Assembly: GCA_964521055.1 (NCBI GenBank)
Contig: CAZFPG010000001.1
Span: forward strand, 1 to 34,585
Source of the DNA: an uncultured Marinobacter sp.
GTDB taxonomy: Bacteria > Pseudomonadota > Gammaproteobacteria > Pseudomonadales > Oleiphilaceae
DNA: 34,585 bases
Direction of reading: 5' to 3'
Shown here: piece after piece, positions 8,235-17,793 of the stretch
How the letters are laid out: each line of letters begins with the position of its first letter
How positions within the stretch are numbered: position 1 is the first letter of the stretch
Notes under the pieces: model-generated
Told to the model about the DNA's origin: nothing
The model's input: only the letters and a program-made list of their open reading frames with translations
Database searches by the model: none
Program-made: the position numbers and the translations under genes

Positions 8235-9674
8235 ATGCAGGATATTCAGTCACTGATCGACAACTCGGACGCGGTAACCCTGGCCGAAACCATCAACCTT
8301 GGGGAAATCTCCGCCGGTGAACTGCTGGAAGCCGTAATACAGCGCCTGGAAAAAGTCGAACCGCAGCTCAATGCCGTTGCGGAAAAGCTGTATGACCAGG
8401 CTCGCGAATGCCGCCCCGCGGAGGGCCCGTTTTCGGGCATTCCAACACTGGTGAAAGACCTGTTCGCCCCGCTCGCCGAAGCCCGAATGAGCAATGGTTC
8501 GCTGGCCCTCGGCGAAGCCCGCCCCGGCCTCGATGACGAACTGGTGGGCAGGTTGAGAAAGGCCGGCTGCGTTTTTATCGGAACCAGCACGGCCCCGGAG
8601 TTCGGCACCTCCTATAGCACCGAATCGACCCGATTCGGTGCAACACGGAATCCCTGGAATACCATGCGAAGTGCCGGGGGGTCCAGTGGCGGGGCCGCAG
8701 CCCTGGTTGCCGCCAGAGTCGTCCCTTTCGCCCACGGCAATGATGGTGGTGGGTCCCTGAGAGTGCCCGCCTCCTGCTGCGGCGTCTTCGGCTTCAAGCC
8801 CAGCCGTGGCCTGATGCCAAATGGCCCCCTGGTAGGGGAAGGCTGGGGGGGAATGGGTACCGCCCACGCCATCACCCTGTCCGTGCGGGACAGCGCAGCG
8901 CTTCTCGATCTGACGGCCGGCGCGGACCTGGGGGCACCCTATGCGGCGCCGGCCCGACCGGCATCCTATGTTGACGCCCTGCAACGCCCGCAGCGCCCCC
9001 TGCGCATCGCGCTTGTCGAGCAATTGGCCCCGTGGCCGACCTCGCCGGAAGCACTCGCCGCCGTTCGCCACTCGGCAAAACTGTGCGAACAGCTCGGGCA
9101 TGAAATAGTGCCAACCAGTTTGCCGGTCGACCTTCCGCAGTTCCTGGACCAGGCTTTCGATATTATCGGCCCTAGCACACGCAGCTATGTGGAAATGCTG
9201 GGGCAGATGCGCGGGCACCCCGTCGACCGGGAAGAACTTGAGCCACGAACCCGCATCGTGCTGGCCGAAAAAGGCGACATCAGCGCCGTGCAATATGTTC
9301 GGGCCATTGAGGGAATTCATGCATTGGGCCGGCAAATGGCGAACTTCATGCAGGACTATGATCTGATCCTGACGCCAACCCTGACCCGTGAGCCCCCTTT
9401 GATTGGCACACTGGACATTACCGATGACCAGGCAGGCATGGAAGCGCTTATCGATTGCTATCACAGCTATTCACCGTTCACAGCGATCTTCAACGCCACG
9501 GGCCAACCGGCAATGTCGGTACCCCTTTACTGGACAGAGGAACAACTGCCCATCGGGGCCCATTTTGTGGGGCGGTTCGGGGAGGAACGAACGCTCCTGG
9601 CACTTGCCGCGCAATTGGAACGCGAGCAGCCCTGGGCCCATAGACGGCCGCCGGTCAACGCCTGCACAACGTGA
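8235..9674 (+). CDS. Amidase (amidase-signature family), substrate unknown
   Basis: 479 aa with the Lys-cisSer-Ser triad context: PTLVKDL, SAGGSSGGAAA, GNDGGGSLRVPASCCG, and FNATGQPAMSVP. Confidence 0.94.
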   Translation: MQDIQSLIDNSDAVTLAETINLGEISAGELLEAVIQRLEKVEPQLNAVAEKLYDQARECRPAEGPFSGIPTLVKDLFAPLAEARMSNGSLALGEARPGLDDELVGRLRKAGCVFIGTSTAPEFGTSYSTESTRFGATRNPWNTMRSAGGSSGGAAALVAARVVPFAHGNDGGGSLRVPASCCGVFGFKPSRGLMPNGPLVGEGWGGMGTAHAITLSVRDSAALLDLTAGADLGAPYAAPARPASYVDALQRPQRPLRIALVEQLAPWPTSPEALAAVRHSAKLCEQLGHEIVPTSLPVDLPQFLDQAFDIIGPSTRSYVEMLGQMRGHPVDREELEPRTRIVLAEKGDISAVQYVRAIEGIHALGRQMANFMQDYDLILTPTLTREPPLIGTLDITDDQAGMEALIDCYHSYSPFTAIFNATGQPAMSVPLYWTEEQLPIGAHFVGRFGEERTLLALAAQLEREQPWAHRRPPVNACTT

Positions 9675-9786
9675 TAGGATAGCCGTTCCTGTAGTATTGA
9701 ATACCGCCCTGGCAGCTTTTTGCCCGGGCGTTTCTCCTTATTAGATATCAGGAGAGTGGCTGCGCGAATGCACCGTAGGTAGGCAA

Positions 9787-10488
9787 ATGTCTTTATCGCA
9801 AACGGACCCTCACCAGTTCCAATACAACAGCCTGGAGTTGATCAAAAACCTGGTGCCGTTAAGCAGTTGTGCCTTCTTTCTGGTTGCCCCGAACATGCGG
9901 CACAAAGGCGCCATACTCCATGGCCTGAAGCCTGATGCCGAGGAAGAATACACCAGGGAATACGGTGCCCTGGACCCACTGCACCCCGAACGCTTTCGAG
10001 AAAGCTCCGACACCCTTGTAACGCTGGATTCCTGCATAGCCCCCCACCTCCTCAAGAAAACCTCTTACTACCAGGATTTCATGATCCGCCACAATCATCG
10101 CTTCGTGGCGGACATTTTCCTCCGCCGTGGTGGCCGCATCGTTGCGGGAATAAGCGTGATGCGGGAGGAAGCCATGGGCGACTTCCGGCCGGAGGAACTC
10201 GAACTGCTACAGACAATACAGCCATTCCTGGAATACACCCTGAACGCCGTATACACACCCGAAAGGGAACAGGAACGCTCAACCCTATCCGGGAAGTACA
10301 ACCTGACGGAACGCGAGCTTGATGTGCTGGAACTGGTGCTACGGGGGGCCGCCAACAAAGGGGTCGCAACAGACCTGAATCTTGGCCTGGCAACCGTGAA
10401 AACCCACTTGCACCACATCTACAAAAAAGTGGGCGTGAAAACCCGCAGCCAACTCATATCCACCATACTGTTCGAGCTGAACGACTGA
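9787..10488 (+). CDS. LuxR-type HTH regulator with an N-terminal ligand-binding domain
   Basis: C-terminal LTERELDVLELVLRGAANKGVATDLNLGLATVKTHLHHIYKKVGV. No receiver domain is evident. Confidence 0.9.
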   Translation: MSLSQTDPHQFQYNSLELIKNLVPLSSCAFFLVAPNMRHKGAILHGLKPDAEEEYTREYGALDPLHPERFRESSDTLVTLDSCIAPHLLKKTSYYQDFMIRHNHRFVADIFLRRGGRIVAGISVMREEAMGDFRPEELELLQTIQPFLEYTLNAVYTPEREQERSTLSGKYNLTERELDVLELVLRGAANKGVATDLNLGLATVKTHLHHIYKKVGVKTRSQLISTILFELND

Positions 10489-10497
10489 ATACCCATC

Positions 10498-10513
10498 TCC
10501 ACCTTTTGGTGGA
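10498..10513. promoter_or_regulatory. Putative operator of the adjacent LuxR-type regulator, TCCACC-N4-GGTGGA
   Basis: Perfect inverted repeat about 90 bp upstream of the 10603 operon, with no U-tract. A -10-like AATACT follows. Confidence 0.5.
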
Positions 10514-10602
10514 TGTTATCCCGGCCCCCTTCCCCGAATACTGTACGCTGAACCCGTAAATATCACCTTGACGGAGTACTACGAGAGGAGGCGAAAAGCC
10601 TT

Positions 10603-11910
10603 ATGTCAGAAAACAGTGTTCAGAGCCTTCTGCAACGAAGATTCCATGTAATGGGGAAGCATACGCCCCTTTTCTATGACGAACCGCTGAACCTGGTGCG
10701 GGGAGAAGGTGTCTGGCTCTGGGATGCCGACGGCAGGCGCTACCTGGATGCCTACAACAATGTACCCCACGTTGGCCACTGCAACCCACGGGTCGTTGAA
10801 GCATTGGCGCAGCAGGCTGGCACCTTGAACGTGCACACCCGGTACCTCCACAACAACATCGTTGACTACCTGGAGCGCCTGACCGCCACCTTCGATGATG
10901 GCCTGGAAATGGCAATGCTCACCTGCACCGGCAGCGAGGCCAATGAGCTGGCATTGCGCATGGCCCGCCACTGCACAGGCGGGCAGGGAATCATCGTGAC
11001 CGATTTTGCCTATCACGGAAACACCGAGGCGGTTGCCGAAACCGGCACCGGCTTCATGCCGGAAGCAAAGGGAACCAAGCGGGTGAAGTCGTTTCCCATC
11101 CCCGATTCCTACCGCGGGATTGATGGCCTGAGTGGCGAGGCATTGGCCACCGCCTATGCCGACCGCGTGCAGCAGGCAATCGATGAATTCGAGGCCGAAG
11201 GCGTGAAACTGGCGGGCATTCTGGTGTGCCCGGACTTCGCCAACGAAGGTTTGCTGAATGTGCCACCGGGATTCCTTGAGAAAGCCGTCGCAAGAGTCCG
11301 TAGCGCAGGCGGCGTGTACATTACCGACGAAGTACAGGCCGGCTTTGGCCGCAGTGGCCAGCATATGTGGGCCCATCAGTGGTACGACGTGCAACCCGAC
11401 ATCGTCACCATGGGCAAACCCATGGGCAACGGCTATCCGCTGGCCGGGGTCGTGGCGCGCCCTGATTTGATCGAGGCGTTCAGCAGGGACGCCATGTACT
11501 TCAATACCTTTGGCGGCACACCGGTCGCCTGCGCGGTCGGTATGGCGGTACTCGATGCCCTGGAGCAGGACAACCTGCTACAGAACGCGGTCACCACTGG
11601 CGCATACATAACCGAGGGGCTGCGCAAGCTGAAGGACAAGCACGAATTGATTGGCGACGTGCGTGATCTTGGCCTGTTCTTTGGCGTTGAACTGGTCAGC
11701 AGCAGGAGCAGTAAAACCCCCGCCCCCGCCGAAACCCGCCGGGTAATGAACCTGATGCGTGAGAACGGGGTTCTTGTGGGCAAGATCGGCGCCCATGACT
11801 CCATCCTCAAGTTGCGCCCTCCAATGCCATTCAAACCCGAACACGCTGACATCCTGATTGGCGCCCTCGACCAGGCGCTGGAACAGACACAGAGAGACCC
11901 CAACCCATGA
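10603..11910 (+). CDS. Class III PLP-dependent aminotransferase-fold enzyme, probable amino-alcohol O-phosphate phospho-lyase (ETNPPL/PHYKPL-like)
   Basis: Motifs YNNVPHVGH, LNVHTRYLH, GSEANELALR, AYHG, DEVQAGFGRSG, PDIVTMGKPMGNG (PLP Lys), YFNTFGGTP, LKLRPP. Overlaps the downstream kinase gene. Confidence 0.8.
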   Translation: MSENSVQSLLQRRFHVMGKHTPLFYDEPLNLVRGEGVWLWDADGRRYLDAYNNVPHVGHCNPRVVEALAQQAGTLNVHTRYLHNNIVDYLERLTATFDDGLEMAMLTCTGSEANELALRMARHCTGGQGIIVTDFAYHGNTEAVAETGTGFMPEAKGTKRVKSFPIPDSYRGIDGLSGEALATAYADRVQQAIDEFEAEGVKLAGILVCPDFANEGLLNVPPGFLEKAVARVRSAGGVYITDEVQAGFGRSGQHMWAHQWYDVQPDIVTMGKPMGNGYPLAGVVARPDLIEAFSRDAMYFNTFGGTPVACAVGMAVLDALEQDNLLQNAVTTGAYITEGLRKLKDKHELIGDVRDLGLFFGVELVSSRSSKTPAPAETRRVMNLMRENGVLVGKIGAHDSILKLRPPMPFKPEHADILIGALDQALEQTQRDPNP

Positions 11911-12929
11911 CCCCCTTCTACCAGATCACCCCCGAAGAACAAAGTGAACGGCTGCTTGAGATGGCGCGCGCTTCATTACGCCACTGGGCTATGGCGGACA
12001 GCAACCTGCAACTGGTGAAATACCGCGAGAACGCCGTATTCAAGGTGACCACCGCCGCTGGCCAGCGTTACGCCCTGAGAATCCACAGGCCGGGCTACCA
12101 CAGCCGCGTCGCGTTGCGCTCGGAGCTGCAATGGATGGAAGCCCTGCTGGAAAGCGGTATAGCGGTCCCGCAGGTGATCCCGGCGGAGGACGGCCGCCTG
12201 CTGGTCAGCGAACAGGTCGAGTCGGTACCGGAGCCAAGGGATATCGACCTCTTCGCATGGATTGATGGACCCCAGCTCGGCTCCGTGGAAGAGGGGCTCG
12301 GCAACAACGCACACCAGATCACCGACATCTACACCGCCATAGGCTCAACCGCCGCGCAACTGCACAACCACTCAAGCGAGTGGCTGATTCCAGAAGGGTT
12401 TGAGCGCCATGCCTGGGACAGTGAAGGACTGGTGGGGGAGGCTCCGTTCTGGGGACGCTTCTGGGACCTGGAGCTGCTCGACGACAGCCAGAGGCGGCTG
12501 ATGAACGCCGTTCGTCACCAGATAGGCCGGGACCTCCAGGAATACGACCGTTCAAGGCAGCGCTACGGCATGATCCACGCCGATTTTGTACCGGAGAACC
12601 TTATCACCGATAATGGTAAGGTGCGCCTGATTGATTTTGACGATGCCGGCTTTGGCTGGCACATGTTCGAGCTGGCCACGGCCCTCTATTTCATACGGGA
12701 GGAAAGCTACTTTCCCGTGGCCCACAAGGCGCTGATCGATGGTTACCGTGCCAACCGCCACCTGTCCGAGGAAGACCTGGGTTACCTGGACCTGTTCCTC
12801 GCAGCCCGTGGCTGTACCTATCTGGGCTGGATACAGAGCCGCCAGGAAACGGAAACGGCACGGGATCTCGCACCGGAACTGATACAGAGGGCATGCCTCC
12901 AGGCACAACGGTTCCTTGATTCACGATAG
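11907..12929 (+). CDS. APH/choline-kinase-family phosphotransferase (hydroxylysine/amino-alcohol kinase-like)
   Basis: ENAVFKV...YALRIHRPGYHS, Brenner motif HADFVPENL, and IDFDD. ATGA overlap with the PLP enzyme gene. Confidence 0.85.
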   Translation: MTPFYQITPEEQSERLLEMARASLRHWAMADSNLQLVKYRENAVFKVTTAAGQRYALRIHRPGYHSRVALRSELQWMEALLESGIAVPQVIPAEDGRLLVSEQVESVPEPRDIDLFAWIDGPQLGSVEEGLGNNAHQITDIYTAIGSTAAQLHNHSSEWLIPEGFERHAWDSEGLVGEAPFWGRFWDLELLDDSQRRLMNAVRHQIGRDLQEYDRSRQRYGMIHADFVPENLITDNGKVRLIDFDDAGFGWHMFELATALYFIREESYFPVAHKALIDGYRANRHLSEEDLGYLDLFLAARGCTYLGWIQSRQETETARDLAPELIQRACLQAQRFLDSR

Positions 12930-12950
12930 CTGGATGGAAACACCTGAAAA

Positions 12951-14183
12951 ATGTCTGATCCGAGCAGTTCGTCGATACCCGCGCCTGACGAAGATCGCAC
13001 AAATTTCAGGAAAGTATGCATCGCCCTGACCTGTACGTTCATCGTGCATGCCATGCTACTGGTGACCGTGCCCGTACACGCGGTAAACCTCGGCGCAACA
13101 CCACTGGTGCTCGGTGTTATTTTCAGCACCCCCTATTTGTTGCCGCTGGTGTTTGCGATCCCTCTCGGAAGCGTTGTGTCACGGTTCGGAGGCAGGGCCT
13201 CGATGGTGTCCGGGGCATTGCTCATGCTCCTTGGCCTGACGAGCATGCTGACCCTGCCAGGTTACCCTGGCCTGATTGTCGGCCAGCTCTGCTTTGGCCT
13301 GGCCCAGTTGCAGATGGTGCTTTCCGCCCAGACCATCATTTCCGCCCTGGGCACCGGGCCGGTGCTGGAACGCTACTTCGGGTGGTACACCACATGGCTT
13401 TCCGGCGGCCAGATCCTGGGACCGCTGCTTGCCGGTAGCCTGATTCACGCCAGCGACACAACCACCACGTCGTTTATCGCGATGCTGGTGGTTGGCGCAT
13501 GCTCACTGGCAGCGGCCATTCTGTTGGGTGGCCAGGCCCGGCAGGGGCAACGGATCGATTGGCGATCAACCGGTTTCAGGGCCCAGGGAAGCCTGTTCCT
13601 CACCAGCCCCGGCGTGAAAATATCCATCGCCGTGACCAGCGCCGCAACGTTTGCAATGATTATCCACGGCAACTACCTGCCGGTACTGCTGAACGACCTT
13701 GGCGTTACGGCCACAACCATCGGCGTGCTGGTCAGTCTGCGTGCCGTCGCGGCCATGATAATCCGGCCGTTCATCGCCGGTACCATTGTCCTCGTGGGCG
13801 GGCGCGGTAGCGCCATGCTGGTTTCCATTACCCTTCTCGCCGCTGGCCTGATGTTCCTCGGCACCACCGACAACCTCATCCTGATAGCGGTTTTCTCCAT
13901 TCTCGTTGGCTTCGGCTCCGGGGTCTGCCAGCCCCTGTCGATCGTTATCCTGTCGGAAAGCGTGGACAATGCCCGGCGTTCCGGCGCGCTCGGCATGCGC
14001 CTGATGGCCAACCGTGGCGTCAACTTTGTTGCACCACTGCTGTTTGGCGCCATCCTGGAACTCGGTGGTTTTGGCGTCTCGTTCATCCTGACCGGGGCGG
14101 TGCTTGTTCTCTGCCTGTTCCTGGTCCATGCGTTGCTGCGCGTCAGTGGTTTTTCAAACGCGCAAAAAAAAGCCGGCGAGTAA
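12951..14183 (+). CDS. MFS transporter
   Basis: 410 aa with about 12 hydrophobic segments and a motif-A variant (GSVVSRFGGR). Starts 21 bp after the kinase stop. Confidence 0.9.
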   Translation: MSDPSSSSIPAPDEDRTNFRKVCIALTCTFIVHAMLLVTVPVHAVNLGATPLVLGVIFSTPYLLPLVFAIPLGSVVSRFGGRASMVSGALLMLLGLTSMLTLPGYPGLIVGQLCFGLAQLQMVLSAQTIISALGTGPVLERYFGWYTTWLSGGQILGPLLAGSLIHASDTTTTSFIAMLVVGACSLAAAILLGGQARQGQRIDWRSTGFRAQGSLFLTSPGVKISIAVTSAATFAMIIHGNYLPVLLNDLGVTATTIGVLVSLRAVAAMIIRPFIAGTIVLVGGRGSAMLVSITLLAAGLMFLGTTDNLILIAVFSILVGFGSGVCQPLSIVILSESVDNARRSGALGMRLMANRGVNFVAPLLFGAILELGGFGVSFILTGAVLVLCLFLVHALLRVSGFSNAQKKAGE

Positions 14184-14192
14184 ATCGCCGGC
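14164..14192 (-). terminator. Rho-independent terminator of the hpa-gabD operon
   Basis: GCCGGCGA-gtaaa-TCGCCGGC hairpin (14172-14192) next to A8 (14164-14171), which reads as a hairpin plus U8 on the minus strand. Confidence 0.75.
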
Positions 14193-14237
14193 AAAGGTGG
14201 ACAGGCCACACAATGACACTGGTTACATGTCCCGGAG

Positions 14238-15692
14238 TCAGTTGATCCCCAGGCACATATATTTCTGCTCGACGTAGTCGTCGATTCCGTAATGGGAGCC
14301 TTCACGCCCCAGGCCGGACTGCTTGATGCCGCCAAACGGGGCCACTTCGGTTGAAATCAGGCCTTCGTTCACACCCACCATGCCGTATTCCAGGGCTTCA
14401 CTGACACGCCAGGAGCGGGCCAGGTCACGGGTGTAGATATAGGACGCCAACCCGAACTCGGTATCGTTGGCCATCTGGATGGCTTCCTCCTCGGTGTCAA
14501 ACCCGAACACCGGGGCCAGCGGCCCGAAGGTTTCCTCGTAGGCAACCAGCATATCGGTGGTGACACCCGCCAATACCGTCGGCTGGAAGAAGTTACCGCC
14601 CCGCTCGTGGCGCTCGCCACCCACGACAATCGATGCCCCCTTGGCAACCGCATCGTCAATGTGCTCCTTGACCTTGAGCACCGCGGCTTCGTTGATCAAG
14701 GGCCCCTGCTGGACGCCTTCCTCGATGGCCTCGCCGACGCGAAGTTCAGACACCGCCCTGGCAAGCTTCTCCGTGAACTCAACGGCCACCGGGTTCTGCA
14801 CCAGAATCCGGTTGGTACAGACACAGGTCTGCCCGGCATTGCGGAATTTTGAATCAATGGCGCCCTGTACAGCGGCGTCAATATCCGCATCCTCAAAAAC
14901 GATGAAGGGCGCATTGCCACCCAGCTCCAGGCTGAGTTTCTTGATGGTGCTGGCACACTGTTCCATCAGCAGCTTGCCAACCCCGGTGGAACCGGTGAAG
15001 GACAGCTTGCGCACTTTCGGGTTGGTGGTGAGCTCGCCACCGATCTCACGGGAACTCCGCCCCGGCACCACATTCAGCACACCGGCGGGCAACCCGGCCC
15101 GCGCACCCAACTCCGCCAGCGCCAGGGCCGACAGGGGCGTTTCGGAAGCGGGTTTGAGCACAACGGTACAGCCCGCGGCAAGCGCCGGCCCCACTTTGCG
15201 GGTGATCATCGCATTCGGGAAGTTCCAGGGCGTGATCGCGGCAACAACACCAACCGGTTGCTTGATGACAACCAGTCGACGGCCGTCCTTGTCATGGGGA
15301 ATCACATCCCCATAGGTGCGCTTGGCTTCCTCGGCGAACCATTCTATAAAGCTGGCGCCATACAGGATCTCGCCCCGGCTTTCCGCCAGCGGCTTACCCT
15401 GTTCAGCGCTGAGGATCCGCGCCAGGTCTTCCTGGTTTTCCACGATCATATCGAACCAGCGCCGCAGGATTTTCGAGCGTTCCTTTGCCGTTGTCTTGCG
15501 CCAGGTTCTCCCGGCTTCCTCGGCCGCGTTGATCGCCCGGGCGGTTTCCCTCTTGCCCACCGATGCAATCTCGGCAACCAGCTCACCGTTGGCGGGATTG
15601 CGGACTTCCATCAGGTCTCCGCTTTCAGCATCCGTCCATTCGCCGTTGATAAAGGCGTTTCGCTTGATCAGTTGTTGGTCAAGGAGCTTCAT
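14238..15692 (-). CDS. gabD: NAD(P)-dependent succinate-semialdehyde dehydrogenase
   Basis: ITPWNFPNAMITRK, SFTGSTGVG, LELGGNAPF, SKFRNAGQTCVC, EETFGP. It consumes the succinic semialdehyde released by HpaI. Confidence 0.92.
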   Translation of the reverse strand: MKLLDQQLIKRNAFINGEWTDAESGDLMEVRNPANGELVAEIASVGKRETARAINAAEEAGRTWRKTTAKERSKILRRWFDMIVENQEDLARILSAEQGKPLAESRGEILYGASFIEWFAEEAKRTYGDVIPHDKDGRRLVVIKQPVGVVAAITPWNFPNAMITRKVGPALAAGCTVVLKPASETPLSALALAELGARAGLPAGVLNVVPGRSSREIGGELTTNPKVRKLSFTGSTGVGKLLMEQCASTIKKLSLELGGNAPFIVFEDADIDAAVQGAIDSKFRNAGQTCVCTNRILVQNPVAVEFTEKLARAVSELRVGEAIEEGVQQGPLINEAAVLKVKEHIDDAVAKGASIVVGGERHERGGNFFQPTVLAGVTTDMLVAYEETFGPLAPVFGFDTEEEAIQMANDTEFGLASYIYTRDLARSWRVSEALEYGMVGVNEGLISTEVAPFGGIKQSGLGREGSHYGIDDYVEQKYMCLGIN

Positions 15693-15709
15693 GATGCATA
15701 CTTCCTGAA

Positions 15710-16519
15710 TTAGTAAACGCTGTTATCGGTGTCGGAATCATCCACGGGGGTCCCGGATTTGAACGTCGCGGCCAGGGATTTCAGCGCCCTGGTGAGAATG
15801 GATGTGTCGACACCCACGGCAACGAAGTTTGCACCGAGCTCCAGGTACCGCCTGGCCAGCTTTTCATCAGCGGCAAGGATGCCCGCCGCCTTGCCACAGG
15901 AACGGATGGTGCGGATCCCGTTCTCGATGGCATCCTGTACCTCCGGATGCCCCGGGTTCCCCAGGTGCCCCATGGCAGCGGCAAGATCCGCCGGCCCGAT
16001 GAATACCCCATCAACACCCCGGACATTGGCGATCGCCTCCAGGTTTTCCAGGCCCGCCACCGTTTCAACCTGCAGCAGCAGGCAGACTTCCTCGTCGGCA
16101 CGCTGCAGGTAGTCGGGTATGGAGTTCCAGCGCGAAGCCCGGGCCAGGGCACTGCCCACGCCCCGGACACCGCCGGGGGGATAGTGCGCGGCACGAACGA
16201 TTCCCTCGGCCTGCTCCGCGGTATCCACCATGGGCACCAGTAATGTCTGGGCGCCAAGGTCCAGTAGCTGCTTGATGCCGACCGTTGAACCGTCCGGTGG
16301 CCGGACTATTGGATGGGAGGCATAGGGCGCGATGGCCTGGAGCTGCGAAAGGATCGAGGGAATGGTGTTGGGCGCATGCTCGGCATCAATCAGAAGCCAG
16401 TCAAACCCCGCATTGGCCGCCAGCTCGGCCGGGTAGGCACCCGCAAGGCCAAGCCACAAACCGATCTGGGCCGAGTCTTCACGCAGTTTTGCTTTGAAGG
16501 TGTTGGTCATTAAGTCCAT
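15710..16519 (-). CDS. hpaI: 4-hydroxy-2-oxo-heptane-1,7-dioate aldolase
   Basis: Start moved to MDLMTNTFK (GAGG RBS), giving 269 aa. Motifs [37 protein letters not shown]. Confidence 0.94.
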   Translation of the reverse strand: MDLMTNTFKAKLREDSAQIGLWLGLAGAYPAELAANAGFDWLLIDAEHAPNTIPSILSQLQAIAPYASHPIVRPPDGSTVGIKQLLDLGAQTLLVPMVDTAEQAEGIVRAAHYPPGGVRGVGSALARASRWNSIPDYLQRADEEVCLLLQVETVAGLENLEAIANVRGVDGVFIGPADLAAAMGHLGNPGHPEVQDAIENGIRTIRSCGKAAGILAADEKLARRYLELGANFVAVGVDTSILTRALKSLAATFKSGTPVDDSDTDNSVY

Positions 16520-16532
16520 GGGGCGCCTCGGC

Positions 16533-17336
16533 TCACATAAAGCGACATGCAATGGATCCCAGTTGATCGTAATCAACGTGGAACGTATCCCCCGGATTGG
16601 CATCGACGGGGCGTGTGAACGAGCCACCCAGGATGATCTGGCCGGCCTCGAGCTGGACATCGTAGGGAGCCAGCCGGTTTGCAAGCCAGGCGACCCCCTT
16701 GGCCGGATGATTCAGTACCGCCGCGGAAACGCCGGACTCCTCAATGACACCGTTGCGGTACAGCACCGCTGATACGCGCCGCAGGTCCACCTCGTGGGGA
16801 AGGATCGGGCGGCCACCCATAACGATGCCGCCGTTCGCCGCATTATCGGAAATGGTATCGAACACTTTCCGGGTAACCTGGGTGTCCGGGTCAATACGCT
16901 GGATACGGGCATCGATGATCTCCAGTGCCGGCACCACGTACTCCGTCGCCGCCAGTACGTCAAAGATGGTGCAGTTGGGGCCCTTAAGCGGCTTTTTCAG
17001 GATGAAGGCCAGCTCCACTTCGACCCGGGGCACGATAAAACGCTCAAACGGGATGTCCGTGCCCTCTTCAAACAGCATGTCGTCAAGCAGGGCGCCGTAA
17101 TCCGGTTCGGTGATGTTCGAGGACACCTGCATTGCCCGGGACGTCAATCCGATCTTGTGGCCGATCAGCTTGCGCCCCTCCGCGATCTTGAGGTCCACCC
17201 AGGCTTTCTGGATGGTGTAGGCGTCCTCAATGGTCATTTCAGGGTTCTGAAGTGACAGCTGTTTGATCTGTTTACGGGATCGCTCAGCTTCGTGAAGCCT
17301 TCTGGCGGCTTCCTGAACGACATCTTTGTTAAGCAT
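16533..17336 (-). CDS. hpaH: 2-oxo-hept-3-ene-1,7-dioate hydratase (HpcG)
   Basis: Start moved to MLNKD, giving 267 aa. Motifs [30 protein letters not shown]. Confidence 0.95.
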   Translation of the reverse strand: MLNKDVVQEAARRLHEAERSRKQIKQLSLQNPEMTIEDAYTIQKAWVDLKIAEGRKLIGHKIGLTSRAMQVSSNITEPDYGALLDDMLFEEGTDIPFERFIVPRVEVELAFILKKPLKGPNCTIFDVLAATEYVVPALEIIDARIQRIDPDTQVTRKVFDTISDNAANGGIVMGGRPILPHEVDLRRVSAVLYRNGVIEESGVSAAVLNHPAKGVAWLANRLAPYDVQLEAGQIILGGSFTRPVDANPGDTFHVDYDQLGSIACRFM

Positions 17337-17387
17337 GGGGGTCGCCCTCGTCATAGGGTATCCACACAGCGTTGCGAACCATTTTTT

Positions 17388-17783
17388 CTACGGCTCCGAC
17401 TGCTGCTTCAGGAACGAATGAATGTTGTTGCGCTTGTAGTTCAGATCCGGATTCAGCTCAGCCAACTCGAAGGAGATCGCCAGGAGGCGTTTTTCCTGCA
17501 GCTCCGCGAAATGGGCCTTGATCGTTTCGAACAATGCATCGCCCGCATGCCGGCGAACCTCCAGCGAGCGCCCGGAACCGACCTTCAATGTCATATGGAC
17601 GAAGCCGTAATCGTGTTTCGCATCCGCGATCCGATAGGTCTCGGCTTTTACCGCGCGGCTGCGAATGCCTCCCATGGGGAAAGCGCCGGTGTCACCCAGG
17701 GTCTGGTGCACCTTCTCGAAAAGCCCTGGCAGGTCGATCTCGTCTTCAAGATTGCCGGAATACTCAACGATGAAATGTGGCAT
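17388..17783 (-). CDS. hpaF: 5-carboxymethyl-2-hydroxymuconate isomerase (HpcD)
   Basis: N-terminal catalytic Pro (MPHFIVEYS), FPMGGIRSRA, and NYKRNNIH. Confidence 0.95.
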   Translation of the reverse strand: MPHFIVEYSGNLEDEIDLPGLFEKVHQTLGDTGAFPMGGIRSRAVKAETYRIADAKHDYGFVHMTLKVGSGRSLEVRRHAGDALFETIKAHFAELQEKRLLAISFELAELNPDLNYKRNNIHSFLKQQSEP

Positions 17784-17793
17784 CGTTCTTTCC

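Noticed and set aside
673-9464. Long minus-strand ORFs (673-1623, 2719-3834, 8250-9464)
   Set aside because: They lie opposite ech, fcs and the amidase gene and show no protein-like motifs.
9710-9724. Sigma54-like TGGCAGCTTTTTGCC upstream of the luxR gene
   Set aside because: GG-to-GC spacing is 9 nt rather than the required 10.
9787-10488. AHL quorum-sensing LuxR solo
   Set aside because: I do not see the conserved autoinducer-binding residue pattern in the N-terminal domain, and there is no luxI gene. It is better read as a small-molecule catabolic regulator.
10603-15692. Reading the PLP enzyme as GabT (GABA transaminase) paired with gabD
   Set aside because: The two genes are in opposite, convergent operons, and gabD is explained by the hpa pathway. 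The PLP enzyme has phospho-lyase-subfamily motifs and is coupled to a kinase.
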